This document shows, in pieces, positions 15,626 through 28,885 of a stretch of 64,000 bases of DNA. Within the stretch, counting starts at the first letter, position 1; each line of letters opens with the position of its first letter. This DNA comes from the human T2T-CHM13v2.0 reference genome, Homo sapiens, in the NCBI RefSeq assembly GCF_009914755.1, contig NC_060947.1, one strand, 5' to 3'. The notes beneath the pieces were generated by a model that was given only the letters and a program-made list of their open reading frames with translations, was not told where the DNA came from and made no database searches. The translations under genes and the position numbers were made by a program.

Positions 15626-18600
15626 AAGCTGTCTTTGAATCCAGGCACTACCTTTTCTTTTTCTTTTCTTTTTTTTTTTTTAGCTATTTGACTGAGGATA
15701 TGGTATTTGACTTCCTTAAGGCTTGGTTTCCTCATTTATAAAGCAGCATTGTTAATAATAGGTCACCTCATAAAGCTCATGAAGAGATCATATGTGGTCA
15801 TATGTAGGAAAGGGTCAGGTATATGGTAGGCACACAATAAATGTTGCATTCCTTTCTTTCCTTCCTCTTTCCTTTCTTTCCTGCCTCTTTCCTTTCTTTC
15901 CACACTTAGGTGTGTCCTATGTGTTGGGGTTTAGAAGTCTGTGTTTTAGGGCCCCTGATATTCCTTAGAAGCCGGACAGGTGAGCTTGAAAAGAGCAAGA
16001 CACGGCAACTCCATAGTAAATAAACATTAAAAAATTTTTTAAAAGACAACTTTCCCAGTGTCAACCAAAGACAAACTTTTTCTCTCCACCTTGCCTCCAT
16101 CTCCTTTTTAAAATGGTTCTAGGAGGTATTTTCAGATAGAAGATGAATTTTAAGGTATCTGCTCAGGCTTTAAATGTCTTTAGAAGTGTGTAAAGAAAAA
16201 AACAACCCACATTTTACATTTTGATGTTTTGTTATTACGGTCTGACTTTAACTAGAACAGATGACACCTGATGGTATAGGGTGTACTAACTAGGGCAGGG
16301 AGAACGCACACTTGCTAATAATTATTGCTGTAGCTATGGCTGCTGTGGCTGCTCAGATGGAACCTGCCAAGGGTCTGATCTTGCTTCTCTGAAATCCAGA
16401 AACCTGGCCATTTAAGGTTGGGGTGGGCTCATCTTTCATTTCAGAGGCCTCATGCTACCATTGGTGGTTCTGGTGGCTCTTTTCTTTATGCAATTCTATA
16501 TTTAAATGAATATATATGAAATCCAAGTTGTTTAATTAAACTTAGACTGAGGAAAGGAACTACAAATGCAGGAAAAGAGTGTGTGTGTGAATGTATGTGT
16601 GTGTGCGTGTGCATTTGTGTGAGTGTGTGTGCATGGCTGTCTGGGTTTTTTAAGGACATACTAGGGGACTAAATGCCTGGGACCTCCACATCCTCCAATT
16701 TGATGAAGACTGCTTGTGGTTTTCTCCCAGCCAGATCATCTAGCACTGCGGGAGATGGCCATGCCCTGCCTTTATGTGTTTGAAATCTGTGCTCCACTCA
16801 AATGCCTCTGTTCTCACTTGACATAACTGTGCTTAGGATATGTGGGGGCAGATGGGTGTGGGATGGGCTTGAATGGCAAGACAACCCCAGACCCTCTAGA
16901 AGTATGCTCTGAATAACCCCAAGGGGTTTCTGAGGTCTGTTACAGTCTATCACTGATCTCCAAGATCAAGGGCCCAGTGTGCCACCCAAAGCCTTTATGG
17001 TGATTAGGCTATTGTTAAAAACATTTTCATTTCCACTCCTGACTCTCTGAGGGAGGGATATATTTCCCAGCCCTACTGACCAATAGGACATTACAAGACA
17101 TGATGCAAGGAGAGGCTTGAAACTCACATATGATTGCACGTTTTTCTATTTCCACCATCATTGCAAGCACATGCTCCTGCTAGCCCACTGATCAAAGGAG
17201 GATGAGAGACACCTGGGGCTGACCTGCACCAAACCTAAGCCTTGAGCCTTAATCCTCTGACTCCCAGCTGACTTGGAGACATAAGTGAGAATAAGGTAGT
17301 GATGTTTTAAGCCACTGAAATTTGGACTGCTTTGTTACACAGCATTATTGTGGCAATAGCTAACTGCTACAGCCCTATTCCAGCTAAAGTATAGCATAAT
17401 CCATTGGATGGGAAAAAGGATCCTTATGCAAAACTTTATTGTCCCTTCTACAAAGCAGCCTTGCTATGCCAGCGGCAGTCAGCCCAGAATACCCTCTTTC
17501 ACATTTCTTCCCTAAGGATCTAGTGTCCCATATCAAAATCCACTTATCTCCTCTTCCTCTTCCTTATCAACATCCTCTGCACTCTCTAAGATGCCCAATC
17601 ATCCCTAGTCTTGCTGTGACAATGTACTTATAAACGAAGCACACCATTGCAAAGTTGTTTTCACTTTTTCATTCCACTCTGTTCTTTTTGTGAGTTTCTT
17701 ATTTAGGGTGTTTTTTTTAGCATATTCATTCAATCAAAATTACACTCTTTCTAACACTCTCCATAATGGAACAGTAAGTAACAGCAAGAATTTGCCATAG
17801 GGACATTCAACACATGTTATTTTCTCTTTCCAGAAGCAATGTTAGCCAAACCTAGATTTCAGGAAACCAATACTTATCTCCAATATGTGAGTGTTATAGT
17901 TACTTAGGAATACTCAGTGAATGACAAAAAGAGAATCAGCATAAAAATTTACATTACTAAAGTTTCAGGCATAAAATTATCCTTCCCACTGGCCAAGTTG
18001 AACTCCCTGACTGTTAGTAAGACATGCAAATACTTAAGACATCTTTATTTTATAAAAACATCATTTCCACTCATATGCCTGGCACATGGTAGACATTCCA
18101 CAAATATTTACTGAGATGAATATGTGTCTTTCCTTTTCCCAGGGAGAAGATGCCTCCTGAGAAATAAACCTGTCTTCCTTCAGCACACGTTACCCCATTG
18201 ACCAGCCATGGTTGTTTCCCATCTTCACTAAAGTTGTTCTGAATGTGGTAATGTGATTTCCTAAGCAAAGTATACGTTCTTCCGTGCATTAAAGGAGGCA
18301 TGACACATGACAGAAATCAGTGAATTTTTTTTATTCCATCTCCTTCTACTCCTCCCAAGTTGTCTCAATACAATTCATTTTCCAGCACTGCTGTAAAATT
18401 GAGAATGTTTTTGACATTCTACAGTCAAAGGTGTGTTCAGAAGCACTTAGAAGTCACCAATGTGAAGAACTCACCATGTGTCACAGTCATTAATACGGTT
18501 TGTCAAATATTTCCATCTCTCTGCCTTCTGAGCGCATGGTGGGATTGCACTTCCTGGCCCTTTGTGGCTAGATGGGGCAGTGGGTCAAGGGGCTGCAACT

Positions 18601-19759
18601 AGAAGTAATATGTGTCACTTCTGGGCCAGAGAATTTAAGTGCCAGGGTGAGGCGCTCTCAGGCTCTCCCTCCCTCTGTCATAGTGATTCCTAACATTCAA
18701 GATCGGATACTCAGCCAGCTTCATCCCCATGTGGATTTGACCCCAGATGAACCAGGCTGGTCATGTGGTATAAGCAATAAATAAGTCTCTGTTGTTTATG
18801 AACCACCAAGATTTCGGGGGTGTTTGTTTTCACAGCATATCCTGGCCTAACCTGATAAAGTATCTGACCAGAGTATTTTGCCATAATTTACCATGATTTT
18901 ACAAACAACCTAACATAAAATGAAAGCATAGGTAGCATTTCTAAGGCTCTCAGGGATGAAGGAAAACATCAAGATGTTGAAGTTTTGTCCAGACCCCTGT
19001 GCAGCCAAATGCTACTTTGCTCATCTCTCTTTCTGTTACCAACAGGCTGGAATAATGGGCTCAGATGACTTCCTTCTATACCTCTGGCTCCTAAAAGGGA
19101 ACGCCTTATAGGATGGCTTGTGCCTGGAAGGACAGTGGAGAAGTCTTTGATACATCCACACAAACCCTATCCTATGCCCACAGGAAAATAGCACAGGGTG
19201 AATATACTGCCTTAAAAATGCTTTAGAATTTTTTTTAAATCATGAAGTCAGACAAGCCATCATGAGAGTAGATGTTGGAGATGATTTAATGCAGTAGTTC
19301 ATATCCTGATCCTGGGTATCTAAAAATCCTGAGGTCTAGTCCATCAATCAGTCAACAAATACTGTTTTTAGTATCTACTCTATTACATACAGGCTTTTCA
19401 CTGGTGATTGGGATGCTGCAGTAAACAAGACAATTAAGAGCTCCTTTTCTCAAAAAACTTGTATTCTAGTAGACGGTGACAAAGCAATAAATGTATACAC
19501 AGGCAAATAAAACATGTCAGGTATGGATGTGTACCATGATGAAGATAAAACAGTGTAATAATTTATATATAACACAATTGCCAAACTATGACCCATGGGC
19601 CAAATCTAACCTGCAGCCTGTTTTTGTATGGCCTGTTAGCTAAGAACAATTTTTTACATTTTCCAATGGTTGAAACAATTTTTTTTTTAATTTCATGATG
19701 CAGGAAAATTACATAAAATTCAATTTTTAGTGTCCATAAAGTTTTATGGGAGCACAGTC

Positions 19760-20242
19760 ACACCTTACATGATCTTCTCTGGCTACTTCTCCAACCTCAA
19801 CAACTGCACTTCTGGCCTCCACTCACCCCACCTCCAGCTGCACCGGCTCCCTGGCTAATACCCAGACATCGAAGCCAACTTGCTGCGCCCACCATGGCCA
19901 CTGCACTGATGGTTGCCTCTGTCTCTCTTATTACCTTCAGGACTCTGTAGAGACATAACTGAATCAGAAAGGTCTCCTCTGATTTATTCAGTACTGTATC
20001 CGCTCCCCCTACTTGATTTTCTTCATAGCATTTATCACACCTGACATGTTACACATTTGCATATTGTCTGCCTCTACCCATCACACTTGGAATGCAAATT
20101 CCAAGAGAATTGAAACATTGTCTTATTTCCTGCTGCATTCCCAGCCCCTAGACTTATTTCCTGCTTCATTCCCAGCCCCTAGATCAATGCCTAGATATAT
20201 TGGTGCCCAATAAATACCTGTTGAAAAAAATAAATGAATGAA
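19760..20242 (+). mobile_element. L2 LINE 3' fragment (contains a 31-bp tandem duplication)
   Basis: Ends in the L2 terminus caataaatacctgttgaaaaaaataaatgaatgaat. Confidence 0.7.
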
Positions 20243-22956
20243 TTGTCAAATATTGGAAAGCTCTAATGAGAGACTAGGCAGATTCTTTATGAACTAGGAC
20301 ATCACAACCAGCTAAGGCTTTCATGATGCAGTAGCAGGGGGCCTCAGGGTGTGTTTGCTGTATAATGCCCTAGTGTCTTGGTAGGGACTGCAAGAACTAG
20401 TGGCAAGGAAGACAGAAGAGTGAACTTACCACCAGAAAAGCAAGGGAAGAAGAAATGCTTCCATGTCATCTTTGTCTCATCTCAGTCACATTCCCAATTA
20501 TATACAGTTTCCACTCTCTCTGTTCATCCTAAGTTGTAGAAAAAAGTTGAGCCTAGAAATGTTCTCAGAAACAATTTTACTGTCATTTGTGTGCCTATTT
20601 CTGTAGCACCTCTATCCAATTGTGGTAATAATAAATGTATCTGGGAGTCCCAGATCTTATTACCTCAAGTTCTACATGGAATCATGTGTGTGGACAAATA
20701 CTATATTCTCATTCCAGAAATTGTCTCTGGGATTTATAGTAAAGGTTTATCCACAGGTCTAAAACAGGATTTTTATGTTAAGAAATAAGTCATACAAGGA
20801 AGTACTATATTGAAGATGTAAGATATTGAGGATTCTATTGTATCCTGGGTACCAATAATACGCTATAGTGATATAAAAGTTTCAGTCACCAGTTATAAGT
20901 GAGTAACTGGATTAAAACAGATGTGTATAGAAGCATATAATTCAACACACTTAACTACAAGGTCATAAATAAAGAAGAAATTAATGGGAAGTATTTCAGA
21001 TGTCTTTTGTGCCAAGGACTGTGTCTGACAGAAAAGTGGACAAAAGCTTGCTGGGCCATTTGACCAACATCAAAGTCAATGGACTTCCCTGTACATGACT
21101 TTGGAACTGGAAATCGGGCAGGGAGAAGGAGTGGGACTGCTTCCTGGAATTAAATATGGAAAATACACCTCAGTCCTTGTTATTTGATTCACTGTAGAGA
21201 CAATTTCAGGAGAAGGCAAGTAACACAAATGTAAAGAAGTCTTGTGAGCCATGTGGCTTCTCATGAAAGAAGTATCCCACATTCCTGTGGATCTTGGACT
21301 GATTCTAGTCTTACACAGAATGTGAATGACTCCATCACCCACCAATATTCTTCTACCAGTGTAATTAAGAAAGAGGGTGGATAAAAAAAGACAGTACACA
21401 GGGAAGATAAAGCAGAAAGAAACAAATTCTGTCAGAAAAAAGTTGTGAAAGCCTACTATGGCCTGGTATTCCTTTGTTGCAATAGTGACATGTCTTCATT
21501 AGTGACATTGAAAAGATTTATGAAGGCTGGCTTTCCCCAGCATCTTCAGAAGACTCACAGAATTTCTGGGGGACAAGAATTGTTTATTAAATAAACCAGA
21601 AATAGTGCTGGCCAGAAGGCCAATGTGAATGAGAGAAGAGTGAGGATGTAGATACTTATTTACCAAATGTCCAGAGTGTCTACCACATTGTACTTAGGGC
21701 TGTCACATACAGATATGTCTATATGCATGGAGCACCCTAGAGTTGTGCAGTGCACATCGTGTACAACTGTATATGACTGTCTGAGCTGTATTAAAAAGCT
21801 GGAGAAAATAGAAACAGAAATAAATTCCACATCTAGGCCGTAATCTGATTATATTAATGAACGATGCATAGGTACTGGGTTAAGCTTATTTCTAGAGGAA
21901 AACGTGTTCTTCTTAGACTGAGAAACTTAACAGCTAAATAGTATACACAGTGGATTTGAAATCTTAAGTTGAGATTTTCAAACAGATTTGTCTCAGTTCA
22001 CATGTTCCATGCACTGCTGACTCCAAACAGCTATCCTTGCAAGCACAAGTGGTAAGACTAATGAAATTAGGAGGCCTTACACCCAAATGGCATTAAGCAC
22101 AATCGTCCAGAGCACTAGTAGCTATTTCATGATTGCTACAGGAAAAAAAAAAATCTTCACAGATACCTAGAACTATCGTAGAGGCAATGCTAGTCTAAGC
22201 TGGAAAACTGGACAATCTTCAAAGCTAGAAAGTGAAAACTGGGCTGGGGGTGGCTGGAGGACAACCTAGGAGCAAAATTGGCATCACCATCCATTCTGGA
22301 AAAGAGGTGGTTAGAAGAGGGGAGGGTGAGGAGAAAGAAATACATATGGACCAAGTACCGAGGAAGACCATGAATTTCTTATAATAAATAAAACATTTTA
22401 TTTCAAAAAGTAAAAAAAAAAAAACAAAAAATTCAAATACCACCACCCTAAACCATTACCACCATGAATATGTTTTCACACTACATTTTAATTTTAACAA
22501 GAAGAACTTTAACATTTAGAAACATTATTTCCTCTTAGATTTTCTTTTCTTAAAAGTTGGGGAAAAAAGAAAACTATAACCAATATTATATATCTCATTA
22601 TCCCTTACCACTCAGTCATATCTATGCCAAAACTTCTGTTTAGCTATAGGCAATCCTTTCCTTCATATCAGAAATAATTTAATTGAGCGAGGGGTAGGGT
22701 GGATATAAGTTCAGTATATGTAGCTTCACTTTTTAAAGGAAATTCTGATATATTCTGAAAAAAAATTGCTAATCGTATTAGTAAGCATAGAATGAAAAAA
22801 ATTGCTAATCATATTAGTAAGTATATAATGCTGCATCCTCCACGTGTAACAACTTGTTTTCTGTCACATGCAAATTCAGCTGCTTTCCTTCGTTACTCCA
22901 TTCAACAAATTTATATATTAACAGTACATTCAAAGCATTTAAAACTTCACAGTGCC

Positions 22957-23374
<418 letters not shown>

Positions 23375-24790
23375 TCAGTCTCCTTTATTATACCATCAGA
23401 TAAAGTGATGTTTTACAAGGAAAATGGAAATATTTTAAAACTCGAGGAGCCCAGCACATCTAAAGGATTTCTGTTTCATGAACTTACGAAAAAGCTGGAC
23501 AGTCGGAAAAGTCTTACTTGCTTCAAACAAGTCAGACCGTTTTCTCCTGTTACCTATGCTTACAGTCAGATTCCCATTTACCTACAATCTGGCCTTGAGA
23601 TCCAATATCAAGGCTGGTGGCAGTAAAATGGAGCCAAACACTGTGATTTCTCCCATGTAAATTTGGAATTTGAGAAGTTAGAAAAGTGCTGGCTGCCAGA
23701 CAAGGTGACTTCCCACTCACCTCCAGCTCAGTGTTCAACATTTTTAAATATCAGCCCCCACCCTCGCCAGGCCACCAACACCAGCCAGGAGCCTTTGAAG
23801 ACACTTTCCCCCTATGCAATTTGAATGTATAACGTATTTTAAACTACATACCATATGTACTGTATGTACGTCTGTGCGTGATGTATCAAAAGGGTAAAAC
23901 TTTTTCATCCCTCCACGAACCAATTTTCCCCTGCTGGGGGCGATATCACCCCTGTTGAAAATGCACGTCCTAAACAACAGCTACAAAAACTCAAACTCAC
24001 ATTTAATTGTCTTTTCAAGGCCAGAAGTTCCTAAATCAATAATGATTTAGCACCACTTCAGTCAAAACAATTACATCCGAATCATTTTCAAAATAGAAGC
24101 TTAAAATATATATAATCCATGAAATGCATAAAATTGGGCTAAGTATTGTTCCAGCAGTCAGCAACATTCTGGTTAATTTTTTGCATTACTCTCTGTTCGT
24201 TAAGCTCTATTTGATGCTTGCTCACAGAACCAAAGATTTGATTAGTGTTGAATTTTACACCTTTCAAGAAGCGAAAAAACCAAACACTCTCTGAGAAAAC
24301 ATTTTTCTGGATGGCAGCAATTGGTAATTTGCAAAAGCAGATAGAAAATGTTCATAGAAAGCACTGCAATTTTCAATTTACCAAACGAATAAACTAACCT
24401 CTGCTGCTCACAAAGACCTGAAAATAAATGGCCCACAAAGTTATCAGTCATAAAAACAAATCAATGTTTCATTAAAAAACCACTGTGCCATCTGCATATG
24501 CAACCGAGGAGAAACTTCTCCATCCAAAAAGATTCCAGACTGCTCATGTTCTACCATAACTTCAAAAAACAACCAACCCCCACCCCAGCATTTTCAAATA
24601 CTCATGGCCAGAAGTTTAATAAGACTAAGAAACAGAACAGTCACCAAGAAATGCAGGATATATCCTGTCCAGTCCACTACTAGGATGGTTCTGCATTTTT
24701 ATATTGTTTCAAAAATAGTGAGGGCAAAGAAAGTCCTCTGTATGAGCCAATAAAAAGAACTTCATCACATTAAAAATTGAGCTCACCTAC

Positions 24791-24880
24791 CTTCACTGGT
24801 CCATGTTCATTACTGGAGCCCTGCACCAGCTGGACGTACAACATCATGAAAACATTCACCACTACCCACTCTCTGTACAT
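24791..24880 (-). CDS. VEGFD: VEGF-D coding part of exon 1 (signal peptide, codons 1-30)
   Basis: ATG at 24880 translates MYREWVVVNVFMMLYVQLVQGSSNEHGPVK. Donor AAG|gtaggt at 24790. Phase 0 matches exon 2 at 4205, giving a 20,585-bp intron 1. Confidence 0.98.
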
Positions 24881-25390
24881 TTTGAATATTTCAATATCCA
24901 CTGATTACTAAGCAGTTGACATCAGGCAGCTAGAGAAAATTGTTTCAAAAGGCATTCTCCAGAAGGAAAGTTTGAAACCTCAAAACTTCACACAGAAAAC
25001 CAAATAATCAGTTCTGATCAAAATCCAATGAAATTATTTCAATTAGGCAAGGTACGCTTTTTTTGCACAATCTTAGGGGTGGGGAGAGAGAGATGAAAAA
25101 AATCAAAATGTTCTCCAAAAATAATCAGAAGGTGGACATGTCTTCTACCTGAAATTAGAAAGCACTCTAAATTTACTTCATGTCCAGAAAATTAAAAAAA
25201 TCTCTCCAATGTATGCCGCAGGTTCTAGTTGCTTTGTAAGGAGGTGGTGTGGCCACCAATGCTTACAGCTACAGAAAGCTGGAACCCAACTCTGGATTGA
25301 AACTTTTTTGCACAACCTTCATGGAAGCTTGCAGAAGCATGTGTCTTAAATCTGACACAGATTTTGGCAGAAAATGCAGAGAAGTCTTGG
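24881..25390 (-). other. VEGFD: VEGFD 5' UTR (~0.5 kb) with four uORFs; TSS approximate
   Basis: Repeat-free sequence between the ATG and the promoter motifs, containing six upstream ATGs. The exact TSS (roughly 25350-25400) is inferred and cannot be read from the sequence. Confidence 0.7.
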
Positions 25391-25410
25391 CTGTAATCCT
25401 GTTGCGTCCC

Positions 25411-25524
25411 TACCAATAGCAGGGCAGTTTTAAGAACTGACTCAAATGTTCAGGGCTGCCGTTATTTTAAAGCAGATAACCTGTAACATGAAACCCCAGC
25501 ACATAGCTTTGACCTTTGTATCTC
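25411..25524 (-). promoter_or_regulatory. VEGFD: VEGFD proximal promoter: CCAAT box, AP-1 site, DR1-like nuclear-receptor element
   Basis: CCAAT at 25413-25417. Perfect TGACTCA at 25438-25444, consistent with the name c-Fos-induced growth factor. Minus-strand GATACA-A-AGGTCA-A-AGCTAT at ~25503-25522 resembles an HNF4/COUP-TF direct repeat. Confidence 0.75.
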
Positions 25525-25719
25525 AGTGGGATTGCTTAAGAAGGGACCTCAGATGCTCATGCATCTGCTGCCAATGACACACAGAAAGCAATCAAATATG
25601 ATTTTTAAAACCTGCACATGCACAAAAATAATAAAAACATCCATCCATACATGCAAAAAAAGGCAAACATACACAAAACGACTTTTTAAACAGAAGCTTA
25701 GTAACTTAGGTATCTCAAA

Positions 25720-25792
25720 TGAAAAACACTGATTTTTAAAGAAACAATGATTAGGTTTATTTGCATGTGCCAGGAAATATCCTACATTTATT
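25720..25792 (-). terminator. PIR: PIR cleavage/polyadenylation region
   Basis: Two minus-strand AATAAA hexamers (25787-25792 and 25756-25761) and a downstream GU/U-rich GTGTTTTT (25722-25729). Cleavage inferred at ~25735-25745. Confidence 0.85.
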
Positions 25793-25937
25793 GTTACAAA
25801 AACCATGTTATCACGTTAGTGTGGAATTCTTTAGAAGCACCGGCTAAATAAGCTTTAGAAATGGAATGCCTTCAATGGCTCAATCTCAGAAATGGCAAAA
25901 TTCTAGGACACATCAAGACCTGCTCTTCCGCTTTCCA

Positions 25938-26050
25938 CTAGTTCCCAATCTTTGATTTCCAGGTTTTGGCCCTTTCAAACCCATTTTTTGCGTTTCTGAA
26001 ATCAAGAATAGCTTGAGAAATCTCTTCATTGGTGTTCATCACAAATGGAC
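25938..26050 (-). CDS. PIR: Pirin last coding exon (exon 10)
   Basis: tgccctag|GT CCA... translates (G)PFVMNTNEEISQAILDFRNAKNGFERAKTWKSKIGN*, the pirin C-terminus. TAG at 25940-25938. 113 nt. Confidence 0.98.
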
Positions 26051-26593
26051 CTAGGGCAGAAAGAGACATTCAGAAAGTTCTGGGTGGCAATATTTTCCTC
26101 TACCACTAGAAATGATATATATTTCTGTAGTTCTTAATTTAAAACAAAATCCAAGCACATCCGAAGAGTAAAAGTTTATTTTCACAGTGTTCAATCCCCA
26201 AGGACTGTAAGATGAGTTTCTTGACTAGGATTGTATATGATTATTGATTATAAAGACGAAACTTCAGATAAATGCAATGGCATCTCACCCATTCAGTATA
26301 GGTTTCTCACCAGCAATGGTGATCTTTTTTATTAAAAAGAGTCTTAGATTTGGTTCTATTACAACCAATTTTGTAGTTATTTTTATAACATTAGCTGATG
26401 TCAAGAATTGAACCCATCTGATACAAAGAACTGACAAATCTTATCATAGCTTTGGTGTCTAAGCAGCATATAAGGCTGTATACTTATTTGAGGATTCTAA
26501 GTCATTTTTTGAAAATCAGCAGCACCTATTGACAATAAACAGAAGATTATAAAAATTTCAAGTCGAAGAGCATCATTTTTTAAAAGTTTTCTA

Positions 26594-26812
26594 GGGGTTG
26601 GCAAATGTTTGCTAGGAAGGGCTAGATAGTATGTATTTTAGATTTTGTGGGTCAAACAGTGTCTGTCTCAACTACTCAACTCTTTCATCAAAGTGCAAAA
26701 GCAGCCATAGATAATGCAAAAGTGAATAGGTATGGCTGTGTCCCAATAAAACTTCATTTACAAAAACATGCAGTGGGCAGATGTAGCCCATCGACCATAG
26801 TTTGCTGACCCT
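26594..26812. mobile_element. MER58A-like hAT-Charlie MITE
   Basis: Terminal inverted repeats aggggttggcaaa ... tttgctgaccc; internal ctactcaactct...ggctgtgtcccaataaaacttcatttacaaaaac. Confidence 0.85.
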
Positions 26813-27979
26813 TTTGTCTAATTGCTGGGTCTGAACTCGGATTTTGCTAAAAATGTACAAGAAGTCCTCCCCTAATCTACCAGGAGGCAATGTGTGTTTC
26901 TTCCCCTTTCTTCATATATTGTAGGGGCAGAGAGGCACTGGACTGTCTCACCCCCATGATCTGCTAGATGAACAAGGCCAGCTTTTATATGGCATTGACA
27001 GTGTCTTTAGAGCAGTTGACAGACTTGTTCACTCAGTGTATGTCCTCATCCAGCCTGCAGAAGTTCCTGACATTCCTTTTATGGAACTGCCTGCTCTAAG
27101 GGGCTTTCTCTGGGAGATTCTGATTAATATACAACTGTATTGCTTAGAGAAAATAACATATTCAAACTTCTTAACCATTGTTATCATATCAACATGGATT
27201 TGGTGATCACTATAATTTAAATCTTCAGAAGGAAGACACAGGATAATATGTCTTGATGATGCTGAAATCTTTGGAGAGGATGTGGGGAATAGAATACAAG
27301 TAGAAAGAAAACACCCAGGCATCTAAATCCATTCATTCAATTACCTATCTATTATGTACTGAATGCCCATTAAATGACAGACATTGTGCTAGAAGCTAGA
27401 GACATAAAGATGAAAGACAAATAAATGGCAGACTCCCTCTCCTCAAGGATTCAAATCTATCACACAGATATGAAAAGAAATCATTACAAAACTGTTTGAA
27501 ATATGGAAGGATAAAAGTGTAAAAACTATAAAATCAACACAGAAAGGGGGAGGAGGAGAAATCCAGGAAAGGATTCACAGAGGGAGTGATGTTTGAGCAG
27601 TCACACACGGAGGAAAGGCATGTTCAGGCTTAGTATGCTGGAGGAATACTGGAGGGGATAGGGGTACAGTGGTGGAAGGAGGGATCAAAGGCGGAAAAAA
27701 TGGCGATCTGAAATATAGGAAGAAACCAGACCCTTCTGGGCTTTGGATGCAATCTACAGGAAGAAGTTTGGACCTACTTTTGCAGGTGATTATGAATCAC
27801 TGTAAGGTTAAGTAGGGAGTAATATAATATGATTTATAATTTTTAAAGAAGACTTTGGCATCAAGGTAGAAGAGCAGGTGTCTAATTTGGGAGGCTGAGT
27901 CAATGGTGGAATTGTTAAGGGTATTTGAGATACAGGACGTGGGAGGCTTTGGATGGAGCAAGGTGTTCAGTTCTGGATA

Positions 27980-28311
27980 TTTTTTGTTTTGTTTTTCTTT
28001 TCTTTTTTTTTTTTTTTTTTTGAGACCGAGTCTTGCTCTGTCGCCCAGGCTGGAGTGCAGTGGTGAGTGGTGCGATCTTGGCTCACTGCAACCTCCGCCT
28101 CCCGGGTTCAAGTAATTCTCACACCTCAGCCTCCCCAGTAGCTGGGATTACAGGCACGTGCCACCATGCCCGGCTAAATTTTTGTATTTTTAGTAGAGAT
28201 TGGGTTTCACCATGTTGGCCAGGCTGGTCTCAAACTCCTGACCTCAAGTGATCTGCCAGCCTCGACCTCCCAAAGTGCTGGGATTACAGGCATGAGCCAC
28301 CGCGCCCGGCC
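27980..28311 (-). mobile_element. Alu (AluSx-like)
   Basis: Full dimer with a small internal duplication (agtggtg twice). TSD cagttctg...tattt. Confidence 0.95.
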
Positions 28312-28724
28312 CAGTTCTGAGTATTTTAACATAGAAGTACTAGAGACAATAAAGTGGTTTCCCAAGCAGAGGTTTTTGGTACATTGTTGAAACTATGGAT
28401 CTGGAGCTCATGAGAGAAATTTCATCTGGAAATGGAGGTTTGGACTATATCAGGTAGGAAAGAAAAAGAGAGTTAACATATGCAGAATAAACAATAAACC
28501 CAAGAGGGTACCCTGGGGAAGACAACTTTTTAAAGGACACGCAGGGGAAAGGGAAATGCAACTTGGAAGATGGGAGCAGGTACTGAGTCAAGGACCAAAT
28601 TCTTGTGCCTCATAATTTTGCTATGGTTGGGACTTGTGGAGCAGTACTCCCATCCCCCAACTGTTTTCTGTAAGAATGGTGTGCTTCTAGGCTTCCATTT
28701 TGACACTTTCTGGGGTAGTCTGCC

Positions 28725-28885
28725 ATGTTTCTCAATTTATAACGTGCACATGAATCAGCTGGGAATCTTATTAAAATGCAGATTCTGATTCAGGAGGTCT
28801 GGAGTGAGGCCTGAGATTCTGCATTTCTAACTATCTCCCAAGTGATGCTGATACTGCTGGTCCATGGACCACACTTTAGGAAACA
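28725..28885. mobile_element. MER5A
   Basis: gggaatcttattaaaatgcagattctgattcaggaggtctggagtgaggcctgagattctgcatttctaac...ggaccacacttt. Confidence 0.88.

Noticed and set aside
25225-25416. 63-aa ORF over the VEGFD leader
   Set aside because: Non-ATG start at or upstream of the likely TSS. The true ATG-initiated uORFs are listed separately.
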